From positions 95,976,001 to 96,040,000 of the forward strand of contig NC_042999.1 in NCBI RefSeq assembly GCF_006345805.1: DNA of 64,000 nt. The letters run 5' to 3'. This document shows, piece after piece, positions 24,772 through 40,474 of the stretch. The DNA is from Octopus sinensis (taxonomy: Eukaryota). Positions within the stretch are counted from its first letter, which is position 1, and the number at the start of each line of letters is the position of its first letter. The translations under genes and the position numbers were made by a program. Under the pieces are notes generated by a model, which did no database searches, was not told the origin of the DNA, and was given only the letters and a program-made list of their open reading frames with translations.

Positions 24772-26719
24772 GTAGAATCTTTTTTAATTTTTTTTTGTGT
24801 GTGTGTTTTCTTTGTAATATTATTCAATGCAATCTATTTTTCATTTCTAGATACAATGTTTATTTTTTATCTAATATTATAGCATTTTATTTGTAGAGGA
24901 GTATAATTTTTTGCTTCTGGTTTGCCTCAACCTGTTTTGTCTTTTGAACTATTTCCACTGCCACTTTCCATGTTTGAATGAGTAATATGGGACTACCAAT
25001 TCATTATTTAGTTGAATTATTGGAAGAAAATTTCATGAATGGTACTTATCTTAACATGAGCTACTGAACCATAAAATGAATGGCAACTATTTTCAGTGAA
25101 GTAATTTAATGCAAATGTAAAAACTTATACATGCAGAAACTTGGTTACAAAAACAGTTTATACTTCATATTATAGACAACCTACCAGTGAAACATTTAAT
25201 ACATAGTGCTCACAACAAAAGTACTCAACTGATTCTCCAGATATTAATGTTTCTAATTAACATATTATTATAAGGTTTGGTGTTTTCTTACATGTATTGC
25301 TTACAGAGATACAAATTGTAAGAGATATCCAATTGAACTGACCACAGTATTCTATTCATGCATATTTTATTGATTTAGTTGAGATGAGAGGTGAAGTTGA
25401 ACTTCACAGGATATATATATTCAAATTATAGATTGATAAAACTAAACACAATGTACTTCACCACTGTTTACTCACTGAATATTGATAATTTTAACACAAA
25501 ATTCCTCTTGTCTTGTTTCTCCAACTTTTTCACTAGATAACAACATTATACCTAGTTAAGAATGAAAGTTCATAAAAACAAACAGTTTAGCAATATACTA
25601 ACAAATTAGTCCTTCAACTCACCAATGTATGACTGCAGCAGTTTTTCTAAAATAACCTTATAAAGGTCAATCAATATACTATTTACCAATATCTTCCACT
25701 TCATTGAAAGATGCAATAATTTTAGAATAATCAATACATTGTAAAAGAAACGAGTTTTTCTGAAATCCTTATCAAATTTAGAATAAGTTTTAAATATGTT
25801 TTAATTCATTTGAATAATAATCATGAAATATTTTGAGGCAATATTTTGCCAGAATTAGAGTAAATCTAAGCATTTAAAAAAATAAATTTTATTGCTGAAT
25901 GTATGATTTTTTTTATTGGACTGTGTATTATTGCTGTTATATTTTTGGCTATGACCTTCCATGCCTTATTATGATTAGTCAGCTGTATCTGATGTAAGTC
26001 TGTCTCCCTTTACAAGGCTATCATTAAAATAAATCCATATTCTGTTGTGATGCTTAACTAATGTAAACTTAGTGTGGAAAATGAGTGAACAGAAGAACTG
26101 AGGTTGTAAGAGAGGTATTTATATATTTGAGTATTTATAGATGAAGTGAAGTTTCATGTAAACTGAAGAAAGATTGAGAGTTATTTATAGTGCCTCTCTT
26201 ATTATATGTTTTGATGAAGAAATATCAGTGGAAACTATTGTGTATGATGTAAAAGTGATAAAAGGACGTGTAATACAAGAAATAACATGACTAATTGTAT
26301 GTCTTTATGATTTTGTAACAAAACCATTAATGTTTCCTGAACCGCCTTTTTTGATAATAATGTAAGTTTTAATCTGTATCCTTCATTGATACATTCATTG
26401 TATCATTCATAAGGTGAGAAAACTGAGTGTAACAATGAAGAAAATAAAGAAAAAGAGGGAAGCAACAAATGAAATAAAGCAAGTTTTGAAAACCAAAAGC
26501 AAAAATAATTTTATATTAAATGGAATATTTTGGTAATATATTTAATTCAACTTTAAGTGTATTTTAGAGAAGTAATTAATTGTCAGAGAAAGGATGTTCT
26601 CTAAAACACTGGAATCAAGGAATTAGCTGAAGTTTTTTAAATACCATCCTGAAGTGAAAATTGAAATGATGAGTAATTTTATTGCTGCTAGTCATCCATA
26701 GCCATCCATCTTCCTTTTA

Positions 26720-27524
26720 TACACAGTTATCTAGAATCATTTTATTCAGTGTATTTGTCTTTTTTAAAGATAGTGAGGTCTGATTTGAAGGATGAAATGA
26801 CTGTGGCCTTCTTTGGATCAGGTAATGATGGGTGTTTCCACTGCATGGATTTTGCCTTTGTCTTTGGTTCAAAGTGATAAATCCAACACTCATCCTGGGT
26901 TAGGAAACATTCAAGGAAACTAGCTGGATCTGCCTCAAGCAATGTCATATTTTCCTGTGACATGATCAATCTGGTGCACTTTTAATCTGGTATCAGAAGA
27001 GGCAGCACCCATTGAGTGGAAACTTTTGTCATGCTATGTTCATCATGCAGAATATTCTCATCTCTCTCATAGAATGTGCTTATAGCATTAGTTATTTGAG
27101 TTATGGTCAATTGTCTGTCAACACAATCAGTGTTTTCCTCAGTGGTGGCAGTTGCAGGACATCCAAACCTTGGGTCATCTTCAAGTCTCACCGTTCCCCT
27201 CCTAAATACATCTGCCCACTTTTGCACTGTTGATAAAGCTGGTGCGTCGTCTCCTAATGTAGCATGTCAGCATGAATATCCTTGGGGGCTAAAGCCTTTT
27301 TTCTGCAAGTTCTTGATAACAGCACAATGCCAAATTATGTTGATTTTTAAGAAAAGTTGGTACTAGCTATTTTTGTAGTCTTTTATGAACAATCAGATGT
27401 CAGTTTACTGGGAAAGAAACAATGCAGTTATTAAAAAGAAAATTTGAAATTAATGCATGCAAGATTTCACAGCTCCAGTGTCACTCCTTCATAGTCAGCC
27501 TATATACTTTTCAGCCCACCCTCA
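26720..27524 (-). mobile_element. 5' half of an irritans-like (Himar1-type) mariner
   Basis: TA + TIR TGAGGGTGGGCTGAAAAGT at 27524; QKWADVFRRG...LEDDPRFGCP...KVSTQWVLPLL...FLTQDECWIYHFEP; no DDD C-terminal half. Confidence 0.85.
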
Positions 27525-27827
27525 TAAGTTCTACTTCATTTCAGTTTTTCTTAATTATTTTGATATGACTACTTTTGCTTACTGCATTTCATCCACTGAC
27601 ATCGATTAATGCCTGGTGCCTTTGATCTCCAATTTCTCTCTCAAATCAATATTGCATACCCAATTCACAACTATTCAGTATTACACTACATACATACATA
27701 CATACACACATACATACATACATACATACATACACACATACATACATACATACACACATACATACATACATACATACACACATACATACATACATCCAGT
27801 ATACATATATATGTATCCATATATATG

Positions 27828-28702
27828 TAGGGTGCGATGGGTAAATTGCCACCCTTTTATATTTTTGATTTTGCATGTGCACATTGTCAGCTTTTGCGTT
27901 TGTTGACTACACAGTATAGTGGGGTCAGTTGGGCACCATCTGTGACAAAAACAGCCCCATGATGCAATTCACTCTGCCAGAAATTTGGAAACAATATGCT
28001 GTACTGCTTGGCATGCAAGCCAGAAGCTCCAATACGAACAAATGGTGAACACCGTTGACTTGCCATGTCTCCAAAACATGTACCGAGAGTGATAAAAATG
28101 AAACATTCAGTCAACATCATGATGTTTGGAGTGATCACTGGTGGTGGTGACATTATGCCTCCATTCATCTTCCTACATGGCCTCAGACTCAGGGGCCTAC
28201 ATCAAGTGCCTGGTGGAGCTAGTGCTACCCTGGGTCAAGAGGGTGGCTGCTGGAAGTCCCTATATCTTGCAACAGGACTCTGCACCATGCCACACAAGCA
28301 GAAGAACCCAGTCATGGCTATCAAACAATTTCTGTGACCACATAATCCCTAACATCTGGCCACCTAACTCCCCAGACTGTAACCCTTTTGCTTATTATGT
28401 GTGGGGCACAGTTGTGTGAGAGACCAACAAAACTCCTTGTAATACCTAAGATGAACTGAAGGCAAGGATTATGACAGCATTCACCAACTTAAGCAAAGAG
28501 ACCATCCAGAAGAGTTGCAGGAGATTCTGAAGTTGTCTGGAGGCCGTGGTGGAAGCCACTGGCGATTTTTATTGAATAAATTTACTCTTTAGTATTTCAA
28601 GATATTTTTATGTAATTTTGGTAAATATATCTGTTAAAATGAGATGACAATGTCATTCTAATTTTTACATAATTTAGACAACAGTATATTCACTGCACCC
28701 TG
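27828..28702 (+). mobile_element. Internally deleted maT (DD37D-type) Tc1/mariner element with both TIRs
   Basis: Ends tagggtgcg... / ...tgcaccctg|TA; YILQQDSAPCH and WPPNSPDCNP motifs; N-terminus jumps to catalytic region near 28040. Confidence 0.8.
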
Positions 28703-28704
28703 TA

Positions 28705-29385
28705 TATATCAAGTCATCAAGAATGAAATGCTTGATTTTGAACTGAAAGTTTATTTTTCTTTATCTCAACAAAAAGCAGTGCAGTTAATCAAAGTATGCA
28801 CTTAAATTATCAACACAATTTTACCATTTTATTGATAGCTTATTTAAGTTGGCAGTGAAGAATTCTGGAGAGCAAGAGGTGATGAAATCATGAAAGGCTG
28901 TTTTTGCATCTTCTTCAGATTTGAAGGTTTTCCCTAACAAAATGTTGTCTAATGCCTGGAAAACATGATAGTCATTTGGTGCAAGGTCTGGTAAATATGG
29001 TGGATGACAGAGTTCTTTCAAGTTCAGTTCCTGTAACTTGAGTAGAGTTCTTTTTGCAACATATGGTAAAGCATTGTGTTGCAAGAGAATTGGCCTGTCT
29101 CTATTGACCAACCTCAGTTGTTTAGTTGCAAGTTCACTCATTATTTCATCCAATTGGTTGATGTATACATCCACTGTAATTGACTTACCAGGGCTCATGA
29201 AGCTGTAGTGGATGACACCTGCACTGGAGCACTAAACAGACACCATTAGCTTTTTTTTGGTGAATATTCTTTTTTGGATTGTGTTTTGGGACTTCATCTC
29301 TATCCAGCCACCATGCAGAACACTTACTATTGTTGAAACAAATCCATTTTCCATCACTCATAACAATACAATGCAAAAATGGTTT
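28705..29385 (-). mobile_element. 3' half of a mariner transposase (DD34D catalytic region), decayed
   Basis: CIVMSDGKWICFNN...; ILLQHNALPY; HPPYLPDLAPNDYHVFQAL. Confidence 0.85.
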
Positions 29386-29906
29386 GTTTTTATGTTGATT
29401 TGGTTTTTATATCTAACTACTTGTGTGACTATGTAAAGTATCTATGTAAAGTCCTTCATCTTGAAAGATATGATATGCTTTGAAGTTGATTTGGTTTTTA
29501 TATCTAACTGCTTGTTTGACTATGTAAAGTATCCCTTGTTGGCATCTAGTTTTCCATATAATTTCAATTTATACTTCTTATTTCAATTGTTTTCTCCTTT
29601 TATTCACTGCATGCTTCTTGGATATCTGTTCATTTAAATTCTTAAATGTTGGCAGCTCTCGTCAACTCTGTTACAGTTCTCTTTTCCAGTTTCTATAATA
29701 CAGAAGAGCCATTTACCTCCTTAATCAGTGTTTTTTTTTACCTGATTGTGTGTCTTTTTCTGTTTGAATTAAAGCTGATCTAGTTGTTAGGTCTACCTGA
29801 GTGATAAACAACCAGTTTGCTAGGTTGCTTTATGTAGATTCATACCACAAAAGTGCAAAAGTTTGTGTCTAATTTTTATTTATTTATTTACTTATTCATT
29901 ATTATT

Positions 29907-30276
29907 ATTACCTCTGCCTTAGTGAAGGCAGCAGTATTGTTTTCAGTCGTGTTTGCTTGTTTGTTTGTCCATGGGCAAAATATCTCAAGAACCACTGGAT
30001 AGATTCAGATGAAACTTTCATGGATATTTGGCCTCGTGACTAGTACGAACTGATTAGATTTTGGGATCGATCTGGTACCAGACAAGAATTCTGGATTATT
30101 TTTTTCTGTTTTTTTAATTTAATTTTTGAGAGCAATCAGGTTCATTTTTAGTATTCTCATTTGTGAGAGCAGTCAAGTTTATTTCAGATACTCTCATTTT
30201 AAAAATCATCTCTGGCTAATTGTTAAGAGAACTTTGGTGTTGCCTTGGTGGATATTTGTGCTCTCTGAGTGCTCTT
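29907..30276 (+). mobile_element. Helentron-associated non-autonomous element (HINE/DINE-1-like)
   Basis: Degenerate subterminal inverted repeats acctctgcc / ccttggtggata, (gttt)n tract, 3' hairpin gctctctgagtgc, T-rich flanks. Confidence 0.6.
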
Positions 30277-30620
30277 ATTATTATTATCATTATCATATAG
30301 CTATTGCTTCCTTACACATTTGCCTATTTTGGTATTTATTGTGAGACTGTAGAAATTCCATACTACAATTACATTGAACAATTAATTATCCAACTGTATA
30401 CATAATATCTCACAGGAATTGTGAAATGAATGTTGATTGTAGATAATAATTAATGATAATTCTATAACAGTAGTTCTTGGATTGAGAGTTATTACTTTTG
30501 TCATCAGTTATATTTTAATATTGAATGCAAGCAAATCAATTGAGATTCACTAATAAAGAGGAAGAAGAAAAATTCTCAGCACAAGTTATGTAAAAATAGT
30601 GGTGGAATCTACTTACACAG

Positions 30621-30691
30621 AAGGTTATATAAAGAAATATGTCTTAAAAATTTGATGAATGATAGTGGCGTAATTCTCAGGAAGATATTAG
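30621..30691 (+). CDS. Candidate exon F (phase 2 to 1; RLYKEICLKNLMNDSGVILRKIL); alternative phase-0 acceptor at 30580
   Basis: tctacttacacag acceptor, TTAG|gtatgc donor; lies in a stop-free frame 30544-30819. Confidence 0.45.
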
Positions 30692-30972
30692 GTATGCATA
30701 AAATGCAGGGTACTGACACAACATTGTCAGTACAATTTAAAAGTGCTAGGATAGGCTGTGGCATTCCACTGGTGGATGTACACTTCTTCATGCCAAAAAG
30801 GTTTTGGTCGCATCACTGACTCATTAAGGTTTGTGTACCAACTTGAAACAATATGGGCTCTCTGGTAGTTTTCCTAGTCGTTTTTGCATGCTGATTAAAC
30901 TAGGACAGTGTGCAGCAAAGTAGTACATGATATACAGATATACATAGATACTGGCAATATAGAAATGTAGAA

Positions 30973-31017
<45 letters not shown>

Positions 31018-31339
31018 TCCACACATGTATAAGTGTGTGTACACACACATAGAGTCTATATATATATATAAAACTGAGTATGTGTGTCTGCATGTGTGCA
31101 TCACAAAAACTCGAACACTACCCAACCGATTTCATTCACATTTTACACATGCCTCACTTACAGTCCATGCAGTATCATGGGCCAAACAATTTTCAACTTC
31201 TTGGGTAATGTGAGCATGGGGCAATCTCTTATTTTCTTACAATATTTTAGTATTACGTGTCAAAAGTAATACAATAACATCTCTATTGTAATGTGAGATA
31301 CTTTCAGTTTTAATACTTCCAGTATTAACACTGAAACTA

Positions 31340-31718
31340 TTATCTCACTTAAATACATACGTATATATATTTATATATATTATGTGTGTGTATATATATA
31401 TATGCATATATTCACATATAGAGAGAGAGATGCATATGTTTAGCTGTATATGTATGCATACATATGTATAGATGTATATGTATAGATATATATATACATA
31501 TATATATGTAGATTTATATGTATATACATATATATATGTGTATGTATATATATATGCATATACATATATGTATGTATATATATGTATATACATATATGTA
31601 TGTATATATATGTATAAATATATGTACACATGTATATATATGCGTTTGTATGCATATGTATGTATATGTACATATATAGATGTATATGTAGCGATGTATA
31701 TATATGTATATTTATGTT

Positions 31719-31774
<56 letters not shown>

Positions 31775-31835
31775 ATGTATGCATCTATATGTGTATGTAT
31801 ATATATAAATATATGTATAGATGTATATGTATATA

Positions 31836-31867
<32 letters not shown>

Positions 31868-31872
31868 CACAC
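31340..31872. repeat. Compound (TA)/(TATG) microsatellite
   Basis: Direct reading; source of Y/I-rich false ORFs. Confidence 0.95.
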
Positions 31873-32179
31873 GACCTGTCCCTCTTTCATTGTTTTTGCA
31901 AGTATTATTATCACCATCAAGCCTTATTATTGTGTCCCCCATATATTAACGTTATCCTTCGTCTCAAATGCTAGCTGAAGCATATAAACTTTCGCTCACA
32001 AAAACTTATTCACACGACCGCAAAAAAAACATCTCGTCTCAAATCTGGTCTTTCTGTCGCTTAATTCTCTAACCCATCTTTCCCAACTTACACTCATAGA
32101 AAATTATGCACACGACCGCAAACCTTTCCATCTCAAATCTTGCCTTTCTTACTGCCGCCTAAATCTCGTCTTCTCCCAG

Positions 32180-35100
32180 TGCACACTGAAAGGTAGGTCT
32201 GGCGAGATAGTCGAGATGCTTGAACGGAGACGTGTTGACGTATGTTGTATGCAAGAAATAAGGTGGAGAGGAGGATCTGCTAGGTTCCTCACAGGCAAGG
32301 AACACAGGTACAAGATTTTCTGGGCAGGGAACACTGACGGGGTTGGTGGCGTGGGTATACTTATCGCTGAGAAATGGATAGATAGAGTAATTGAGGTAAT
32401 CAGAGTAAGTGACAGAATACTTAAGATTAGAATAGTGCTTCATCATAGACTAGCAGTATCGCCCGGCGTTGCTCAGGTTTGTAAGGGAAATAACTATAAA
32501 GCATTTTTAGAGTGTTATAGCCAAAAAATAGCAAAAAAATTATGGTAAATTTTTTTTTGAGTTAAAAAAGGTTGAGTTGCGTCCCCTAGACAGTCTGTGG
32601 TTTGTTTCTGATTCTCGACCCCATGTCGATTTTATCGATATTTTTCAGAACTGGGGGAACTTTTCAAAATTTTCGCTGAGTTAGTTTTGAATTATGACAT
32701 TGGGCTATGTGTGTGTCAAGTTTCATCAGAATCGGTTGAAAGCCGTGGTCAGGGTGAGGGTACAAGCAAACAGACACACAGAAACACGCACAGACAAACT
32801 GCCGTTTATATATAGAGAGATTAGCAACCATTATATCGGCCTATGCCCCTCAGCCAGGGCTACCCGATGGACAGAAAGACAGTTTCTATGACACCCTACT
32901 GCAGACCACCTCATCGACGAACGACAGGGACCTTCTCTTTGTGGCTGGTGATTTCAATGGGCATGTTGGACGACATGCTGGGGGCTTCCATGGCGTACAT
33001 GGAGGCTACGGTTATGGTTCCCGCAACGAGGAGGGAACCAGGCTGCTGGAGTTCTGCGATGCGAATAGTCTTATGGTCTGCAACACTAACTTCAGGAAAC
33101 CAACAAGCCACCTGGTCACCTACCGATCGGGCCGGCATACTAGCCAAATCGACTACATCCTTGCCAGAAAAAGGGAAAGATGGCTGCTTATAAATGCCAA
33201 AACCTTCCCAGGCGAAGAATGCACCCCACAACATAGACTGGTAGTTAGTGACTTTAGGATCAGGACTAAGAGGGCGACTAGAAGACGACCAACATGGAGA
33301 AGAAGGGTCTGGAAGCTTAAAGCCCCTGCGAATGGACAGAGATTTAGAGATGTTACTTGAAGCCTTTGACGAAGTGGAAGGGGGTATAGCTACACATGGG
33401 GTAGAAGACAACTGGACGTTTCTGAGGGACAACCTGCTGAAAACGGCTGACCAGATCTGTGGCTGGTGCAAAGTCCCCTTAAGACCCAAAATAACGTGGT
33501 GGTGGAACAATATTGTTGACAGGGCTATTAGACAAAAGAAACAGGCTTGGAAGGCCTGGAAGAACGGTGGTAGCAGGGAAGGGTATCAGACTGCCAGAAG
33601 GGAAGCTAGGAGACAGGTCTATCTAGCCAGAGGGGAAGCAGATAAGAGAAAATTTGCCAATGTCCTGCGCCGTGAGGATGAAAGACTTGAGGTATTTCGT
33701 GTTGCAAGACAGTGTGTGAGAGAGAATCGTGATGTGGTAGGAGAGAAATGTGTTCGCATGGAGGATGGTTCACTTGCGCTAAATGAGGATGCAAAGAGAG
33801 AAGCTTGGAGACGCCACTATGAAAGGTTACTGAATGAAGAAAATGAATGGGATAAAGAGAGTCTGCCGAATGTTGACCCTACAGAGGGACCAGCTATCCG
33901 AGTTGATAGTTCCGTGGTAGCTAAGGCAATTAGAAGCATGAAGACAGGGGAAGCCCCAGGCCCATCAGGAATTACTGCAGAGATGCTCAAAATATCTGGC
34001 AGTGTCGGCTATAACCTAGTCACCCGTATAGTCAACCAGGTGATACACGAAGGAGTCATACCCAATGACTGGTGCAGCAGCATACTAGTCAACTGCTACA
34101 AAGGTAAAGGTGATGCCCTAGATACAAATAATTACAGAGGTATCAAGCTGTTGGATCAAGTAATGAAGGTTACGGAGAGGGTCATAGCCCAACTAATTAG
34201 AGAGAGAGTTAGTTTAGATGAGATGCAGTTGGGTTCGTGCCAGGGAAAAGTACCACTGATGCTATATTCCTGGTAAGGCAGCTGCAGGAGAAATACCTAG
34301 CCAAAGATAAGCCCCTGTACCTGGCTTTCGTTGACATGGAGAAAGCTTTTGATAGGGTCCCCCGATCCCTTATCTGGTGGTCAATGAGGAAACTAGGGAT
34401 AGATGAATGGCTGGTGAGGACTGTGCAAGCCATGTACAGAGATGCCGTAAGTAAGGTTAGGGTTGGCAACATGTACACAGAAGAATTCAAAGTAGAGGTT
34501 GGGGTCCACCAGGGTTCAGTACTCAGCCCCCTCCTATTTATCATAGTACTCCAGGCAATTACGGAGGAATTCAAGACAGGCTGTCCCTGGGAGCTCCTCT
34601 ACGCTGACGACCTTGCTCTTATTGCTGAGTCACTATCAGAACTGGAGGAGAAGTTCCAGGTGTGGAAGGAGGGTTTAGAATCAAGGGGCCTTAGAGTCAA
34701 CCTAGCTAAAACCTAAGTACTAATAAGTAGAAAGGTAGACAATCCACAAATATCTTCAGGAAGATGGCCCTGCTCGATCTGTAGAAAAGGTGTAGGTAGA
34801 AACTCTATAAGATGTACCCAGTGTAAGCTATGGACACATAAGAGGTGCAGCAATGTCAAAGGTAGGCTAACTGGGAAGATAGTTTTTGTATGTGGCAGAT
34901 GCTCGGGAGCATTAACCTCCGAAAATCTGCAGAAAACAACTTCCGTCACTTTCCAGGGGGAAAAACTAGAAGTAGTTGATAGCTTCCGTTATCTAGGTGA
35001 CCAAATCAGTAGTGGGGGTGGGTGCGCTGAAAGTGTAACTGCTAGAATAAGAATAGCCTGGGCAAAGTTTAGGGAGCTCTTACCTCTGCTGGTGACTAAA

Positions 35101-36228
35101 GGCCTCTCGCTCAGAGTAAAAGGCAGACTGTATGATGCGTGTGTACGAACAGCCATGCTACATGGCAGCGAAACATGGGCCGTGACTGCTGAGGACATGC
35201 GTAAGCTCGTGAGGAATGAAGCCAGTATGCTCCGATGGATGTGTAATGTCAGTGTACATACTCGACAGAGCGTTAGCACCTTGAGAGAAATGTTGTACCT
35301 AAGAAGCATCAGTTGTGGTGTGCAAGAGAGACGATTGCGCTGGTATGGTCATGTGGCGAGAATGGATGAAGATAGGTGTGTGAGAAAGTGCCAATCCCTG
35401 GCAGTTGAGGGAACCCGTGGAAGAGGTAGACCCAGGAAAACCTGGGACAAGGTGGTGAAGCACGACTTTCGAACTTTAGGCCTCACTGAGGAAATGACCA
35501 GAGACCGAGACCTTTGGAAATATTCTGTACGTGAGAAGACCAGGCAGGACAAGTGAGCCCAGCCCACTCATGAATGCCTTTCCTCCCTTGGACACAAAGA
35601 CCGGCTGAGGCAAGCGAAGTCGATATAGAACCTCATCCGACGACAGACACCCATGCCAACCCCCCATGCTTGCGAAGACATGTTGGGGCAAGCGAAATCG
35701 AAATCGAAACTGAATTGAACCAGCCAGGATCCCTGGTCTGGTGGTACGTAAAAAGCACTATCCGACTCGTGGCCGTGGCACGTAAAATACTCCAATGCGA
35801 CCGTACGACAGGCACCCATGCCAACCCCCTTTGCTTGTGAGGACATGTTGGGGCAAGCGAAATCGAAATCGAATTGAACCAGCCAGGATCCCTGGTCTGG
35901 TGGTACGTAAAAAGCACTATCCGACTCGTGGCCGATGCCAGCACCGCCTCGACTGGCTTCCGTGCCGGTGGCACATAAAATACACCAATCTGACCGTGGC
36001 CGTTGCCAGCCCAGCCTGGCACCTGTGCAGGTGGCACGTAAAAAGCACCCACTACACTCACGGAGTGGTTGGCGTTAGGAAGGGCATCCAGCTGTAGAAA
36101 CATTGCCAGATTAGACTGGAGCCTGGTGCAGCCTTCTGGCTTCCCAGAACCCCGGTCGAACCGTCCAACCCATGCTAGCATGGAGAACGGACGTTAAACG
36201 ACGTGATGATGATGATGATGATGATGAT
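32180..36228 (+). mobile_element. Near full-length RTE-clade LINE (APE endonuclease + RT), inactivated
   Basis: EN motifs CMQEIRW, SAYAP, AGDFNGH, SQIDYIL; RT motifs FVDMEKAFD, GVHQGSVLSP, YADD; 3' UTR duplications and (GAT)n tail; Helitron insertion, frameshifts near 33350 and 34240, stop at 34714. Confidence 0.95.
32450..32820 (-). mobile_element. Non-autonomous Helitron (371 bp) inserted in the RTE endonuclease
   Basis: Minus A|TCTCTCTATATATAAAC...GCGATACTGCTAG|T; removal restores HHR-LATIISAYAPQ in frame; 3' end matches 5785-6176 element. Confidence 0.92.
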
Positions 36229-36255
36229 ATATATACATATACATAATATATATAC

Positions 36256-36327
<72 letters not shown>

Positions 36328-36332
36328 CATAT

Positions 36333-37341
36333 TGTTACGGGGTTTAACTAGTGCAGTGTTTCTGACCCACATCGTGGATATGGTTCCAGTATGTCTGGTG
36401 AAAAGTGACGGGTTCTTTGTCTAATGGAGGACTGATGGGTTTTGTGACCTCGTGCGGTTGATAAGAGGGTCAGTGAGAAGTGAAAGAAAAGGGACAGATT
36501 AAGGGCTGAGAGCAAATAGAGATAGAGTATAAGCAGTAAGGGACAGATTGAGGATATAGATAGTGTATAAGGACCAGGGCAGTTAGAGAGGGTGTGAGCG
36601 ATAAGTGGGAGATGAGGGAGTGGAAGCAAGGACAGAGAGACGAAGTGTGGTTCTAGCGGTTGGTAGTTGGTCGTCAAGAAGAGCAGTCGTGGTTGGTCGT
36701 GGAAGAACACAGATGGATCTTGGACAGATCAGCAGGGATCTTGGGATTTATGGAGCAAGCGATTGGAATATGCAGAAGGGATATATGCAGAAGGGATATG
36801 TACAGAAGGATTTAGCAGTATTGGGAGGAATGGGACACTGGCAGATTCAATTGGGAATTGAGGTATGTGTTTTGTGCATTGATATGTGTCACGAGGTAAA
36901 GAGACTGTAAAAGAAAAGAAAGAGAAAAAAAAGAAGGACTCTGTCGATGTAGTCGATAAAGAACATTGTGATGTTCAGAAAGAGACTTTAAGAGAACTGT
37001 GTCTTCGGACGTGAACTTTGAATTGTACTCTAGAATTGCTGTTGTATTATGTTTGATCTGTTGCATGATGTATTGAGTAGTCACGTGCATGTTTCCTTTA
37101 AATATATTTGATGTTGTGACAATTGTAATAGTCATATAAACTGTTGTTTGAAGTGTAGCCAGTGTCTCTGTTGCCTTGCCTCTCTTTGGGTTGTATCTTG
37201 GGTTGTGCCTCTGTATCTCTGTGCTGAGGTTGTGGTTGTATCTGTATCTCTCCTCTCTCCTCCTCTTTGGGTTCCGTGGCAGAACTTGTGAGCCGTTCGG
37301 GGCGAGCGACGACGGCGGGCGATTCCGTCCGTTTCGTAACA
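36333..37341. mobile_element. Probable solo LTR (1009 bp)
   Basis: TGTTACG...CGTAACA termini, ATAT on both sides (TSD uncertain in a microsatellite), no coding region. Confidence 0.7.
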
Positions 37342-39561
<2,220 letters not shown>

Positions 39562-40442
39562 TATACATATTGAAATATGCAGACGACATCAAGCTGTACC
39601 TTGAAATCAAGAGGACAGATCCTGATGTCTACAACTCTTTCCTGCAATCAGACCTAGACACAATGCAGCAATGGATCACAGACTGGCAGCTGGGGCTGGC
39701 TGTGGGCAAGTGTGCCACCATGCATTTTGGGAGAAAAAACCCTGCGTTCACATACTCCCTCCACAACACTGATATCAAGAAATCCTCTTGCGAGCGTGAC
39801 CTAGGCATCACTGTCAGCAGTGATTTGCGTTGGACAAAGCATATCTCTAAGATTGTCAGGAGGGCCGAGGGTGTCTTGGCATCGCTCAGCAGGTCTTTTG
39901 TTAGCCGCTCTCCAGCCATCTATTTAAAACTGTATACAGCTATGGTACGACCACACTTGGAATTTGCATCATCAGTTTGGAACCCCTATCTTGCACAGAA
40001 CATTGACCTCCTGGAATCTGTCCAGAGACGTGCAACCAAACGCATACCCTCCATCAGACACCTACCATATTCTGAGCGCCTTGTTTCCCTGGGCATGGAT
40101 TCACTGAAGCTCCGGCGTCTGGCGACGGACTTGGTAAGTACCCACAAAGTTATCAACCACCTCACCAACAACAACACTGAACACCTTTTTGATCTCCATG
40201 TGTCTAACACACGTGGACATGCCTACAAAGTCAGAAAACAATACAGCTCTCATGACTTTCGGAAACATTTTTTCACGCTCAGAGTTGCTGAAGCATGGAA
40301 TAAACTGCCTGCGTCAGTTGTTGACTGCCATGACACTGCATCTTTTAAGGCCCTCATGCTTTCCGAAATCCACCGAAACTACACCTGATTATATATACCT
40401 TTAGATGAGTTGTAGTGCACCTGAGCACTGTACACAATTATT

Positions 40443-40457
<15 letters not shown>
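39562..40457 (+). mobile_element. 5'-truncated CR1/L2-group LINE, uninterrupted frame, (ATT)n tail
   Basis: 272-aa ORF starting at KYADDIKLY; ERDLGITVS, RPHLEFASSVWNP, LESVQRRATK, FFTLRVAEAWNKLP. Confidence 0.9.

Positions 40458-40474
<17 letters not shown>

Noticed and set aside
2039-29385. Mariner N-half (2039, +) and C-half (28705, -) as one element split by inversion
   Set aside because: No matching junction or TIR pair could be shown; independent fragments are simpler
32180-36228. Active autonomous RTE
   Set aside because: 5' end missing, Helitron insertion, frameshifts and a nonsense codon
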